Origin: Candidatus Eiseniibacteriota bacterium
GTDB taxonomy: Bacteria; Eisenbacteria; RBG-16-71-46; SZUA-252
DNA length: 64,000 nucleotides
Direction of reading: 5' to 3'
Assembly (NCBI GenBank): GCA_005893305.1
Contig: VBOZ01000033.1
Location: 79,058 to 143,057, forward strand
Shown here: one piece after another, positions 9,928 through 19,506 of the stretch
Numbering within the stretch: the first letter of the stretch is position 1
Layout of the letters: the number at the start of each line of letters is the position of its first letter
The notes under the pieces: model-generated
What the model saw: the letters and a program-made list of their open reading frames with translations, nothing else
The model's database searches: none
What the model was told of the DNA's origin: nothing
Program-made: the position numbers and the translations under genes

Positions 9928-11436
9928 ATGGTCCGAAACGCCGGCCTTCTCCTTCATCCCACCTCCTTGCCCGGCCCCTACGGCATCGGCGACATCGGCC
10001 CCCGGGCCATCCGATTCCTCGATTGGGCCGCCTCGGCCGGTTTGTCGGTGTGGCAGGTGCTGCCTTTAGGGCCCACCGGACTCGGAAATTCCCCCTACAG
10101 CGCGCTCTCGGTCTTCGCGGGGAGCCCGCTCCTGATCTCCCCCGAATGGTTGGTGGAGGAGGGGCTCCTGGACGCGGAGGCGCTGGAGGAGGTCCCCGAG
10201 TTTTTGGAAGGGCCGGTCGACTACGAGCGGGCCAGAATGTGGAAGGAGCGGATGCTTCGCGCGGCGTGGGAGAACGTGCGGCGCGGAGGCGATGCGGGGT
10301 CGCGCGCGGCGAGGGAGGATCTGAAGGGGTTTCTGGAGTCGCCCGGGAACGCCGCGTGGCTGGCGGATTGGACCCTCTATGCGGCGGTCAAGGATCGCCA
10401 GGAGGGCGGCCCCTGGACGGAATGGTATAAGCCGGTCGCCGGTCGAAAGCCTGCGGCGCTCGAGGCGGCGGAGCGAACGGTCACGGTCGAGCGGGAGTAC
10501 CATGCGTTCGTCCAGTGGATCTTCGCGCGGCAGTGGAAGCGGCTTCGTGAAGCGGCGCGTGAGCGGGGGATCGAGATCTTAGGCGACATGCCGATCTACC
10601 CCGCGCTCGACTCCGCCGAGGTTTGGGCCAATCAGCGGCTGTTTACTTTAGGCGAGGACGGAATGCCCGAGGACGTGGCTGGCGTTCCCCCCGACTACTT
10701 CAGCGAGACGGGGCAGCTCTGGGGGAATCCTTTGTACCGGTGGGATCGGATGGAGGCGGAAGGGTTCAAGTGGTGGGTGGTAAGGGTGCGGGCCGCGCTG
10801 GCGATGTTTGATAGGGTGCGGATCGATCATTTTCGGGCGTTCGCGTCGTATTGGGCTATCCCTGCAGCGGCACAGACGGCAATGGAGGGGCGATGGGTTC
10901 GCGGCCCAGGGATGAAGCTGTTCGAGGCGCTCCGACGGGAACTGGGGGAGTTGAAGCTGGTGGCGGAGGACCTCGGCATTATCGACGAGCCTGTGCGGGA
11001 TCTGCTCCGCGCGTCGGGATTTCCCGGAATGCGCGTGCTCCAGTTCGGGCTCACCGATCCGAGGAGCACGCACCATCCGAGGAATCACGTCGAGAACGCG
11101 ATCGTCTACACCGGCACACACGACAACGACACGTCGCGGGGATGGTTCGAGGGACTCGATGAGAGCGAGCGGGCGCAGGTGCTGGGTACCGTGGGCGGCG
11201 ACGGACGCGAGATCGAGTGGGACATGATCCGCGTCGCGCTGGATTCGCCCGCGCGGACGGCGATCATTCCCATGCAGGATGTGCTCGGCCTGGGAAGCGA
11301 GGCACGAATGAACATGCCGTCGGAGCCCGACGGGAATTGGGAGTGGAGGATGGCGGAGGGGGCGTTGACGACGGAGCGTGCGGCGCGGATGAGAGGGCTG
11401 GCGGAAGGGGCGGGGAGAGCCTTCAGCGTTACCTGA
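9928..11436 (+). CDS. malQ: 4-alpha-glucanotransferase (amylomaltase, GH77)
   Basis: MVRNAGLLLHPTSLPGPYGIGDIG is the GH77 N-terminus, with catalytic-region conservation. It is divergent from glgP with only 34 bp between the start codons. The ORF is open from 9745 but overlaps glgP. Confidence 0.85.
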   Translation: MVRNAGLLLHPTSLPGPYGIGDIGPRAIRFLDWAASAGLSVWQVLPLGPTGLGNSPYSALSVFAGSPLLISPEWLVEEGLLDAEALEEVPEFLEGPVDYERARMWKERMLRAAWENVRRGGDAGSRAAREDLKGFLESPGNAAWLADWTLYAAVKDRQEGGPWTEWYKPVAGRKPAALEAAERTVTVEREYHAFVQWIFARQWKRLREAARERGIEILGDMPIYPALDSAEVWANQRLFTLGEDGMPEDVAGVPPDYFSETGQLWGNPLYRWDRMEAEGFKWWVVRVRAALAMFDRVRIDHFRAFASYWAIPAAAQTAMEGRWVRGPGMKLFEALRRELGELKLVAEDLGIIDEPVRDLLRASGFPGMRVLQFGLTDPRSTHHPRNHVENAIVYTGTHDNDTSRGWFEGLDESERAQVLGTVGGDGREIEWDMIRVALDSPARTAIIPMQDVLGLGSEARMNMPSEPDGNWEWRMAEGALTTERAARMRGLAEGAGRAFSVT

Positions 11437-11771
11437 CCCCCGGCTGCTTGATGTTTGAGCCCAACATGGCTAACGCGGACATGAAGTCGGCCCGGCGTGC
11501 GATAGTTTTCCAAGATTTTTCTTGACGAGTTTCGCTGGCCAAATCGCTGACTCTCCGCGTGTCCTCACCACCGCGTCACCAGGCCTCCTTGCATACCGCG
11601 AACAATCCGATCGAGCGCATTGGATCTCAAAAGACTCCCTGCCCTCCAACGTGTGCGCTGCGAGCCTCTGCGGCCGACGAAATGGCTCGTGATATAAGAG
11701 AAGCACCCCCATTGAAGCCTGGTTGTGATCCAGGCAACTTCAGAGGAGATGCCCCGTGAGCAGGTGTTCTC

Positions 11772-13157
11772 ATGCGCCACTTCTCGTTGACCCATCTCAG
11801 CGATGCTGTTCTCATTCGCGATCTGGCTGCGCTTATCGCCCACGATCGCGTGACTACGGCCGCGATCCTCGCCCACATCGCCGAGGTCGATGCACGGCGG
11901 CTGTACGCCCCGACCGGCTATCCGTCCATGCATGCGTACTGTGTGGGGGAGCTGCGCTTGTCCGAGGACGCGGCCTCAAAGCGGATCCAGGCGGCCCGGA
12001 TCGCTCGGCAGTTCCCGGCCCTGCTCGACGCGCTGGCTGACGGGCGGCTACACCTGACAGCTGTGTGCTTGTTGGCGCCCCATCTCACGGTGGAGAACGC
12101 TGAGAGCCTCATGGAGGCAGCGACCCGGCGGCGGAAGGCCGAGATCGAGGAACTGCTGGCCCGCCTCTTTCCGAAGCCGGGACTGCCGGCGATGGTGAGC
12201 GCGATCCCGGCGATGGTGGGTTCAATCCCGGCGATGATCCCGGAACATGCGCCAGCGCATGTAGGAGATGTCCTACATCAACATGCCCCGGGGCATGTTG
12301 AAGATGTGCGACCTGACTGTAAGGCAGCGCCCGAGAGCTTCCTCCTCAACCTCACGATCGGGAAGAGCACGCGCGACAAGCTCCGCTACGCCCAGGACCT
12401 GCTGAGCCATGCTGTTCCCTCGGGGGATGTCGCTCAGGTGCTCGACCGGGCGCTTGATGCCCTGATCGTTGAGCTCGAGAAACGAAAGCTGGGCGCCGGC
12501 ACTCGCCTGCGGCCTAAGCTCGGACCCGCCAGCCCCTCGGGGCGTCGACTCCACACCCCACCGGTGGGTGAGCGCTCGGTCGTGACGTCGATGGTGGCAC
12601 GCTCACGCCCGACTACCCGAAACCGCTACGTCCCGGCACGCGTCCGCCGTGCCGTTTGGGAGCGGGACGGGGGTCAATGCACCTTCGTCGGCGCATCAGG
12701 CCACCGCTGTGAATCGCGACGATTCCTGGAGTTCGACCATGTCGACCCGGTGGCGCGAGGGGGACGGGCAACCGTAGAGGGGATGCGGCTCCGGTGTCGG
12801 GCGCACAACCAGTACGAAGCGGAGCGCATGTTCGGTGCGGGGTTCATGAGCCACAAGCGTCAAGAGGCGCGACGCGCTGCGGCGGAATCACGGGCGCGGA
12901 ACGTGGCGGAAGCACGGGCGCGGGTCTCCCACAACATGCCCCGGGGCATGTTGGAAGGGACCGATGTCAGGGAGCGCGCAGCGTTGGAGAAGGAGTGCGC
13001 TGCCCGGGAGCAGGTCCGCGACGTGTTGGCTGGATTACAAGACCTCGGATGCCGAGCCGACCAGGCACGTCGCGCAGCGGCGATCGCAGCGAACCTTCAT
13101 GGCGCCACGCTGGAGGAGCGGATGCGAGCAGCCTTGACGTCTCTCGGCCGACGATGA
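11772..13157 (+). CDS. DUF222 (REP13E12-type) N-terminal domain plus HNH endonuclease, with a repetitive low-complexity insert and a C-terminal extension
   Basis: N-terminal HLSDAVLIRDLAALIAHDRVTTAAILAHIAEVDARRLYAPTGYPSMHAYCVGELRLSE matches DUF222. HNH motif C..H.C....DH....GG.......RC..HN (CTFVGASGHRCESRRFLEFDHVDPVARGG...CRAHN). Internal peptide repeats (IPAMV x3, HAPxHV x2) are encoded by DNA tandem and palindromic repeats. Confidence 0.75.
   Translation: MRHFSLTHLSDAVLIRDLAALIAHDRVTTAAILAHIAEVDARRLYAPTGYPSMHAYCVGELRLSEDAASKRIQAARIARQFPALLDALADGRLHLTAVCLLAPHLTVENAESLMEAATRRRKAEIEELLARLFPKPGLPAMVSAIPAMVGSIPAMIPEHAPAHVGDVLHQHAPGHVEDVRPDCKAAPESFLLNLTIGKSTRDKLRYAQDLLSHAVPSGDVAQVLDRALDALIVELEKRKLGAGTRLRPKLGPASPSGRRLHTPPVGERSVVTSMVARSRPTTRNRYVPARVRRAVWERDGGQCTFVGASGHRCESRRFLEFDHVDPVARGGRATVEGMRLRCRAHNQYEAERMFGAGFMSHKRQEARRAAAESRARNVAEARARVSHNMPRGMLEGTDVRERAALEKECAAREQVRDVLAGLQDLGCRADQARRAAAIAANLHGATLEERMRAALTSLGRR
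12186..12301. repeat. Repeat cluster inside the DUF222-HNH CDS: about 2.7 copies of a 21-bp tandem repeat (ccggcgatggtgNNNNNNatc), then three consecutive palindromes ending in a perfect 24-bp palindrome TCAACATGCCCCGGGGCATGTTGA
   Basis: Tandem copies at 12186-12206, 12207-12227 and a partial 12228-12243. Palindromes: acatgcgc-ca-gcgcatgt at 12245-12262; atgtagga-gatg-tcctacat at 12259-12278 with 2 mismatches; the perfect 24-mer at 12278-12301. Confidence 0.8.
12932..12953. repeat. Second copy of the perfect 22-bp palindrome CAACATGCCCCGGGGCATGTTG, within the C-terminal extension of the same HNH gene
   Basis: Exact 22/22 identity to 12279-12300; it is self-complementary. Confidence 0.8.
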
Positions 13158-13158
13158 T

Positions 13159-14223
13159 CTACCGTCGCGCCCTCGCCTTCGCCGCGGCCTGCCAAGCATG
13201 TAGCACCAGCGCCACCGTGATCACCGCGTAGGCCACGAAGACACGGAAGTACTCGCCGATCTGCGCGTCGCCCGCCAGCGCCTTGCCCGCAAGGGGCGAA
13301 ACCACGAATAACGTGTGAAATAGGATCGTACCCAGAAGCGCCTGCCCCACCGTCGCGCGCGAGACCGTCGCGCCCGACACCAAGAGTGCGGCGATCGCGA
13401 ACATTCCGACCTGCTCGTGCGAGTTATAGGTGTTGAGCGTCCCGATGTTCTGCAAGAACAGCAACTGACCCCAGGATGCGAATACAGTCGACAGCACCGT
13501 CGCGATCACACGATTTCGCTCCACGGGAATCCCGGCGATCGCGGCCACGTGGGCATCCTGCCCCATCGCTCGGAGCTGCTGCCCGAGGCGCGTGCGCATG
13601 AAGAACAGCGTGAACGCGCAGAAGGCCGCCACCACCGCATAGGACACGACCGGGACGCGGAGCTGGCGCCCCTCGACGGGCAGATGCACGGCCACCAGGT
13701 CGTCGACCGCGTACTGGATCGTCGTGAGGTCGACCGTGTTCCGGAGGCCGTAGCCCTGGGGCAGAACCATCCCGGGATCGTGGAACGGGATGATCGAGCC
13801 GAGCGCGAACAGGAACAGGAGCTGATAGACCCCGTTCGCGAAATATCCCGCGATGAGACCGGAGACCATCTCCCGCCCCTTCGCCTTGTTGAACAACGCG
13901 CCGGTTGCGAGCCCGAACAAGATCGCGAGCGGCGTCGCGAGGAGCCACGCGGCCGCGAATCCCGCGATCCCCGGAATCTTCCAATGGGTCACGAGGATCG
14001 CCGCGGCCTGGCCCGCCATGGCGCCGATCACGATGCCGAAGTTGAGCCCCAGGCCCGCGAGGATCGGGATCAAGAGCGCGAGGACGAGGACCGAGTTTCG
14101 GCCGACACGGATCAGCATCTCGCCCAGGAGAAACGAGGGCGTGATCTTGGCGACCCAGATCCCCGCGATGCAGAGGGCGGCGAACAGGATCGGGACCGCG
14201 TGACGCAGGAGCGCGCGGCGCAT
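13159..14223 (-). CDS. ABC transporter permease (BMP/nucleoside-type uptake system, second permease). The start is ATG at 14223 (MRRALLRHAVPILF); the ORF is open to 14913.
   Basis: Hydrophobic multi-TM sequence of the ribose/galactoside-type permease family. Start and stop overlap (TGATG) with the upstream permease. Confidence 0.75.
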   Translation of the reverse strand: MRRALLRHAVPILFAALCIAGIWVAKITPSFLLGEMLIRVGRNSVLVLALLIPILAGLGLNFGIVIGAMAGQAAAILVTHWKIPGIAGFAAAWLLATPLAILFGLATGALFNKAKGREMVSGLIAGYFANGVYQLLFLFALGSIIPFHDPGMVLPQGYGLRNTVDLTTIQYAVDDLVAVHLPVEGRQLRVPVVSYAVVAAFCAFTLFFMRTRLGQQLRAMGQDAHVAAIAGIPVERNRVIATVLSTVFASWGQLLFLQNIGTLNTYNSHEQVGMFAIAALLVSGATVSRATVGQALLGTILFHTLFVVSPLAGKALAGDAQIGEYFRVFVAYAVITVALVLHAWQAAAKARARR

Positions 14224-15284
14224 CAGCTCTTTCCCACGCGCGTCAGGGCATAGAGGATCATCCCGTTCTGGATGATGAGCCGGGCGGTCTCGCTGATATC
14301 TCCTTCGATCACCTGGCTCGTGACAGGGAGCGCGATCGTGAGGATCGATTGGAAGAGGAGCGTCCCGATCACGACGTTTCCGATCGTGGCGCGCGTCACG
14401 GTCGCGCCGCCGATCAGGATGCAGGCGATTGCGGGGAAGGCCATCAAGAGCGGGGCGGTGTAGAGCTGCACGAAGCCGAACGACTGCGAGTAGACGACGA
14501 TCCCGATCGCGCCGAGCACGGTCGTGAGGACCGAAGCCTGGATCCGCGTCCGTTGATCCGAGATTCCGGCGGCCAGCGCGAAGCGCGGATTCGAGCGGGC
14601 GGCGGCGATCGAGATCCCCATCTGTGTGCGGAAGAATAGCCAGACCAGGAAGCAGAGCCCGCCGAACACCAAGAGCGCGCCGGTGGGGATCGCGACGCCC
14701 GCCACGGAAAACGCGAGCCACCGGTCGAGAATCTTGTCGTAGATCCCGGTCAAGGCGAGCGTGGTGCGAAGTCCTTTTCCGCCGATCGCCCAGACCAACG
14801 TCGGATTCTTGAACGGCGCGAGCAGCCAGAAGATCGACATCCCCGAGACGATCGCGAAGCCGAGATAGGTCCCGACCATCATCTCCTGACCGCGCGTCCG
14901 GTTGAGGAGCCATCCGTAAGCGACGCCGGCCGGGATCGCGAGGACGAGCCCGATCCCGGTCGCGTAGGCGAGGCCGGCGACGCCCAGGACGCCCGCGTTC
15001 AGCGAGACGACGCAGCCGATCAAGCCGCAGATGATCCCGATGGGGAGCCCGAAATTGAGCCCGAGCCCGCCCTGAACCGCCGGCAGAAGCGCCAGGACGA
15101 GTATTCCATTCCGCGCGACGCGGGTGATCGAATCGGAGATCAGGGAGCGGAGATCCATGTGGGTGGCGACCGCGACCGCGAAGAGGGCGAGCAAAAATCC
15201 CGCGATGAGGAGGCGCGGGAGGCCGATTTCCTTGATCGTCGCGCGGATCTGCTCGTTCACGCCGCGGCCTTCACCGACGCCCAA
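14223..15284 (-). CDS. ABC transporter permease (BMP/nucleoside-type uptake system, first permease)
   Basis: Multi-TM permease fold, in an operon between the ATPase and the second permease. Confidence 0.75.
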   Translation of the reverse strand: MGVGEGRGVNEQIRATIKEIGLPRLLIAGFLLALFAVAVATHMDLRSLISDSITRVARNGILVLALLPAVQGGLGLNFGLPIGIICGLIGCVVSLNAGVLGVAGLAYATGIGLVLAIPAGVAYGWLLNRTRGQEMMVGTYLGFAIVSGMSIFWLLAPFKNPTLVWAIGGKGLRTTLALTGIYDKILDRWLAFSVAGVAIPTGALLVFGGLCFLVWLFFRTQMGISIAAARSNPRFALAAGISDQRTRIQASVLTTVLGAIGIVVYSQSFGFVQLYTAPLLMAFPAIACILIGGATVTRATIGNVVIGTLLFQSILTIALPVTSQVIEGDISETARLIIQNGMILYALTRVGKS

Positions 15285-15293
15285 CGCCCGCGT

Positions 15294-16904
15294 TCACGCC
15301 GCGGCGGCCGTCTCGCCGGCCATCGCGAGGCCGAAGGCGGCGTCCGGAGCCCCGGGCGGGAGAATCGTCTCGATTCGGCCGCGATAGACGATCGCGATCC
15401 GGTCGCAGAGGGAGCGAAGCTCGGCCAGCTCCGAGGAGGTCATCACCACGGTCACGCCTTGGTCGCGGTTCAATCCCACCAAGATCTGCAGCACCCGCTC
15501 CTTCGCTCCCACGTCGATGCCGCGCGTCGGCTCGGAAACGAAGAGGAGCTTCGGCTCCAACGTCATCGCTCGCGCCAAGCAGACCTTCTGCTGGTTTCCC
15601 CCGGAGAGGCGCCGGACCTGCTGCGTCGGCCCCTGGGTTCGGATGTCCAAACGCTCGATCATGTCGAGCGCGTGGCGGCGAAGCGCCCCTTGATCCAGAG
15701 GGCGAAGCGCCGGAATCGGAAACCGCCGCAAAAAGCGGCCCTGCGCCTCCAGCGCGGCGAGCGCGATGTTGAGCTCCACGCTCTCCTCGCCCAGGAGCCC
15801 GACGCCGCGGCGATCCTCCGAGACGAACGCGAGACCTCGCTCGAGCGCCTTCCGAGGCTCGTTCAAAGGAAACGGCTCGCCATGCAGGAGGACTTCGCCC
15901 GAGGCGGGATAAAGACCCATGATCCCGTTCGCGATCCCGATCTTGCCCTGGCCCGCCAGGCCGCCGATCCCCAGAATCTCGCCCCGCTTCACGGTGAGCG
16001 AAACGTCGTGGACCGGCTCGCCCGGCATGTCGACCATCAGCTTCGTGATCGTGAGCGCGGCATCGCCCGCCGCGTCGAAGGCACGCCGCCCGGCCGCGGC
16101 GGCCGCGGGGCGCCCGACCATGAGCTCGGCGATCCGCACGACCGACGTCGTCTTCGGGTCGACCTGTCCGACGATCTCGCCGTCGCGCAGCACGGTGACA
16201 CGGTCCGCGGCCGCGCGCACCTCGTCCAGCCGGTGGGTGATGAAGAGGACGGCCACGCCGCGCGCCGCGAAATCGCGCATCGCTTCGAGCAGACGGTCGG
16301 CCTCGGTCTCGGTCAAAACCGCCGTCGGCTCGTCGAAGATGAGGAGCTTGAGCCGCTCCTTGTCCATCTCGCGGGCGATCTCGACGAACTGCATGTGGCC
16401 GACGGGAAGGCCGGCGACCGGGAGCCACTCGTCGATCCCGAGCCCGACGCGGTCGAGCGCCTGCCTCGCATCCCGGCGCATCCGCGGGACGTCGAGGGCA
16501 TCGAGGCCGTGGCCAAAGAGAGGAGTGAGCGGGGTGGGGTGCGCGGGCTCGCGGTTCAGCTTGATGTTCTCGGCGACGCGGAACCCGGGGAGGAGCATGA
16601 ACTCCTGGTGGACCATCCCGATCCCTGCGGCCATCGCTTCGGCGGGGCTCTTGAAGCGGACCGCCTCGCCTCCAAGCAGGGCCTGCCCTCCGTAGCCGCC
16701 GGTCTCGTGGATGACCGGCATGCCGAAGAGGATGTTCATGAGGGTCGACTTGCCGGCGCCGTTCTCGCCGACGAGGGCGTGGATCTCCCCGGCGGAGACC
16801 GTCAGGGAAACACCCTTTAAGACACGATTGCCCTCGAACTCCTTTACGACGTCGCGGAGCTCGAGGGCAGCTGCGTTTCCGCTAGTAGTAGATGTTGCTG
16901 ACAA
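15294..16904 (-). CDS. ABC transporter ATP-binding protein with two tandem nucleotide-binding domains (nucleoside/sugar importer type)
   Basis: Walker A GENGAGKST in domain 1 and a second NBD in the C-terminal half (RLSGGNQQKV signature). 536 aa is typical of duplicated-NBD importers such as RbsA or NupA. Confidence 0.85.
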   Translation of the reverse strand: MSATSTTSGNAAALELRDVVKEFEGNRVLKGVSLTVSAGEIHALVGENGAGKSTLMNILFGMPVIHETGGYGGQALLGGEAVRFKSPAEAMAAGIGMVHQEFMLLPGFRVAENIKLNREPAHPTPLTPLFGHGLDALDVPRMRRDARQALDRVGLGIDEWLPVAGLPVGHMQFVEIAREMDKERLKLLIFDEPTAVLTETEADRLLEAMRDFAARGVAVLFITHRLDEVRAAADRVTVLRDGEIVGQVDPKTTSVVRIAELMVGRPAAAAAGRRAFDAAGDAALTITKLMVDMPGEPVHDVSLTVKRGEILGIGGLAGQGKIGIANGIMGLYPASGEVLLHGEPFPLNEPRKALERGLAFVSEDRRGVGLLGEESVELNIALAALEAQGRFLRRFPIPALRPLDQGALRRHALDMIERLDIRTQGPTQQVRRLSGGNQQKVCLARAMTLEPKLLFVSEPTRGIDVGAKERVLQILVGLNRDQGVTVVMTSSELAELRSLCDRIAIVYRGRIETILPPGAPDAAFGLAMAGETAAAA

Positions 16905-18060
16905 GGAACAGGTACGAGTTGCCCTTGGCTTCGTCGTACTTGGTCAGCGTGATCGGGACCTTGGCCAGCTTCTCCATGTAGGCCTTCACCTGCGCCGGAT
17001 CCTTGTAGTCGGCTTTTCCTTCGACGGAGTCGACCATCAGATCGGTCATCGCCCGGATCGATAGCATCACCTCGGGCACCGGCCACGTCGCGAAGTGCCC
17101 CGTCATATGGTGATCGGCGATCACGCGCTTGTTCTCCGCGTTGATGTACGCCATGTCGCCCGCCTTGTCGGCCGGGATCGCGATGCCCAGCGCCGTCGGA
17201 TAGCCGTGGGTCGGACTGGGGCAGCACTGCTCGGGAATGTACCCGCCGTTTGTCACCACGGCCTTGATCATCGGGTCCATCATCCCGCAGTTGGTCGAGA
17301 AGAACGCGGTCTTGGGACCGTAGGTCTTGAGCTCCCGAGGAACGTCCTCGAGCACGAACTGCTGGGTCGCGTTCAAGCCTCCCTCGCCCATCGGGTCGGG
17401 CGCGGTCACGAAGTGGAACCGGATCCCATTAGCCGCCGCGGCCGTCTTCATGATGTCGCGCCGCCGCGAGATGAGCTCCTGCGACATGTGGCGCGGGAAG
17501 GAATAGTGGATCAGGTCGGTGACGCCCATCATCTTCGCGACGCCCACGATCGTCTTTCCGCGGGCGAGCTGGTCGGGCTGGATCGACAGATCGACCGTGG
17601 AGTTCACCATGGCGGGGTCTTCGTGCGCTTCGATAAACGCGATCTTGATGTCGGGGCGCTTCTCACGGATCTTTCGGACCGCCGGGATCGAGCCCGGGAT
17701 CGCCTGGCCCGCGATGATGACCTTGACGGCAGGATCGTCGGAGAGCCCGACGAGCTGCGCGATCACCGTCTCCTGCTCGTTCATGAAGTTGTCGGGGTAG
17801 GTCACGTGCTTCACGTGGTCGGCGCCGTACTTCTTGATGATCATCTGGGCGGCGCGGAACTCGTCCTCACCCTGTGAGACGGTGCCGGTCATGATGCCGA
17901 TCTTGAAATCGATCGCGCGCTCCAGCGGGGCGGAGGCTTGGTCGGCCTCCGTCTTCGCAGCTCCGCTCTTGCCGCAGCCCTGAAGGGAGAAGACGAGAAA
18001 TGGGATCGCCGCGCTCGCGACGATCGCCGAGGCGGCGCGAAACAGACGTTGGCTCTTCAT
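16882..18060 (-). CDS. BMP-family (PnrA/Med-like) ABC substrate-binding lipoprotein, probably for purine nucleosides. Start is ATG 18060 with a GGAGG Shine-Dalgarno; the ORF is open to 18144.
   Basis: MKSQRLFRAASAIVASAAIPFLVFSLQGCGK is a lipoprotein signal with an LQGC lipobox; BMP-family body. Confidence 0.8.
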   Translation of the reverse strand: MKSQRLFRAASAIVASAAIPFLVFSLQGCGKSGAAKTEADQASAPLERAIDFKIGIMTGTVSQGEDEFRAAQMIIKKYGADHVKHVTYPDNFMNEQETVIAQLVGLSDDPAVKVIIAGQAIPGSIPAVRKIREKRPDIKIAFIEAHEDPAMVNSTVDLSIQPDQLARGKTIVGVAKMMGVTDLIHYSFPRHMSQELISRRRDIMKTAAAANGIRFHFVTAPDPMGEGGLNATQQFVLEDVPRELKTYGPKTAFFSTNCGMMDPMIKAVVTNGGYIPEQCCPSPTHGYPTALGIAIPADKAGDMAYINAENKRVIADHHMTGHFATWPVPEVMLSIRAMTDLMVDSVEGKADYKDPAQVKAYMEKLAKVPITLTKYDEAKGNSYLFLVSNIYY

Positions 18061-18201
18061 TCTGAGATTGCCTCCACCCGCGGGAGCGGGGATATGCGTT
18101 CCGGCCAAACGGTTCGGAAGGCGTCGGGGCCGCGGGCCCCACAAAGCAATACTACCAAACGCCGCAAAAGGTCACCAGAAATGGTACTTTCGGCCTCCCC
18201 T

Positions 18202-19413
18202 ATGCCGCCGCTGATTCTTGCCGCCGCGCTCCTCGAAGGCCTCTCCCTCACCCTGATTCAGGGCTATTTGCCCCTATACGTGCGTCGCGCGCTGGACGGC
18301 TCGTCGTACGTCACCGTGGCGCTCCTGGTCGCGGTACCGGCGCTCGGGACGATGGTCGCAAGCAACCTCTGGGGCGGGCTTTCGGACGTCACGGGGAGGC
18401 TCAAGCCGATGATCCTCGTGGGGATCTTCGGCTATGCCGCGGCGGCCGGATTGATCCCCGCGTTCCACCAAGGGTTCGGGATCATGGCCTACGTCGGAGC
18501 CGCCTCGCTCTGTTATGGGACGCTCGCGCCTTCCCTCAAAACCTACGTGACGCTCTGGCGTTCGGACCGGAAGGAACAGTCGATCGCCTACGTGTTGATG
18601 GCCCAGAGCGCGGGATGGTGCCTCGGAAGCTTCGGGGGTGGGTGGCTTCTCGAAGGGGGCATCGAGTCAGGCATGCGCGCGGCCCTCTGGACCTGCGCGG
18701 CGCTCCTGGCGGCGCACGGGCTCCTTTGCGCGGTCGCGCTCCCCGATCAGAGACGAGAGGCGCTGGCGCCGAAAGGACGGCGCGGATGGCTGGCCGGGCT
18801 GGCCCAGGACCTCGCCTCTCTCTACGAGAACCCCCGGCTCCTCTCGCTCTGCTTTCTCGCGTTCCTGTTCGTATCGGGGAACTACGCGGCGTGGGGCTTC
18901 TTCTCCGTCTACATGTTCGAGCGGTTGGGCGCCGACATCCGGACGATCCGCTACGCGCTTGCCGCCTCGAGCGTCCTGGGCGTCGTATCGTTTCTCTACG
19001 TGGGGCCGCTCATCCGGCGATTCGGCGGCCAGCTCGTGCTCGCGGTCGGGGTCACGCTGTACGTCGGGATGTACATGGGGATGGCGCTCACCCGCGACCC
19101 GGCGGTCTTCGGGGCGTTCTACGCGCTCCCTTTGTTCAGCCTGGTGAACGTCAGCGCGAACGCGCTCGCGAGCGAGTACTCGATGGCGGCGCAGCGCGGC
19201 GGTGGGCTGGGTGTCCTGAACGGGACCTACGCGCTCGCGACGATCGTTGGTCCCGTGACCGCCGGTCTCCTGGCCGATCGCTTTGGATTGGGCGCGATTC
19301 CGTGGCTCTCGTTCACGTTTCTGCTCTCGTCGGTGCCGATCGCGTGGCTCCAGGTGGCCGCGACGAGGCGTCGGCGGGCGGAATCGGAAGAAATGCGCGT
19401 TGATGCGGGGTAG
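18202..19413 (+). CDS. MFS transporter (12 TM). The start is uncertain: ATG 18202 was chosen, but the ORF is open from 17938.
   Basis: MPPLILAAALLEGLSLTLIQGYLPLYVRRAL... is a hydrophobic 12-TM profile. The upstream part of the ORF overlaps the SBP gene. Confidence 0.65.
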   Translation: MPPLILAAALLEGLSLTLIQGYLPLYVRRALDGSSYVTVALLVAVPALGTMVASNLWGGLSDVTGRLKPMILVGIFGYAAAAGLIPAFHQGFGIMAYVGAASLCYGTLAPSLKTYVTLWRSDRKEQSIAYVLMAQSAGWCLGSFGGGWLLEGGIESGMRAALWTCAALLAAHGLLCAVALPDQRREALAPKGRRGWLAGLAQDLASLYENPRLLSLCFLAFLFVSGNYAAWGFFSVYMFERLGADIRTIRYALAASSVLGVVSFLYVGPLIRRFGGQLVLAVGVTLYVGMYMGMALTRDPAVFGAFYALPLFSLVNVSANALASEYSMAAQRGGGLGVLNGTYALATIVGPVTAGLLADRFGLGAIPWLSFTFLLSSVPIAWLQVAATRRRRAESEEMRVDAG

Positions 19414-19506
19414 ATCGCGATGATATCCTCATGTGCTGGATGTTGGACTCCTCCTCCGGCGGGGCAAGGCATCCAATGCTAACAACACCAAGGACTTAGG
19501 CTCCCA

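Noticed and set aside
12273-12554. Antisense ORF encoding MPRGMLM/HIFNMPRGML, mirroring peptides of the HNH gene
   Set aside because: It arises only because the palindromic DNA encodes similar peptides on both strands; there is no independent coding evidence.
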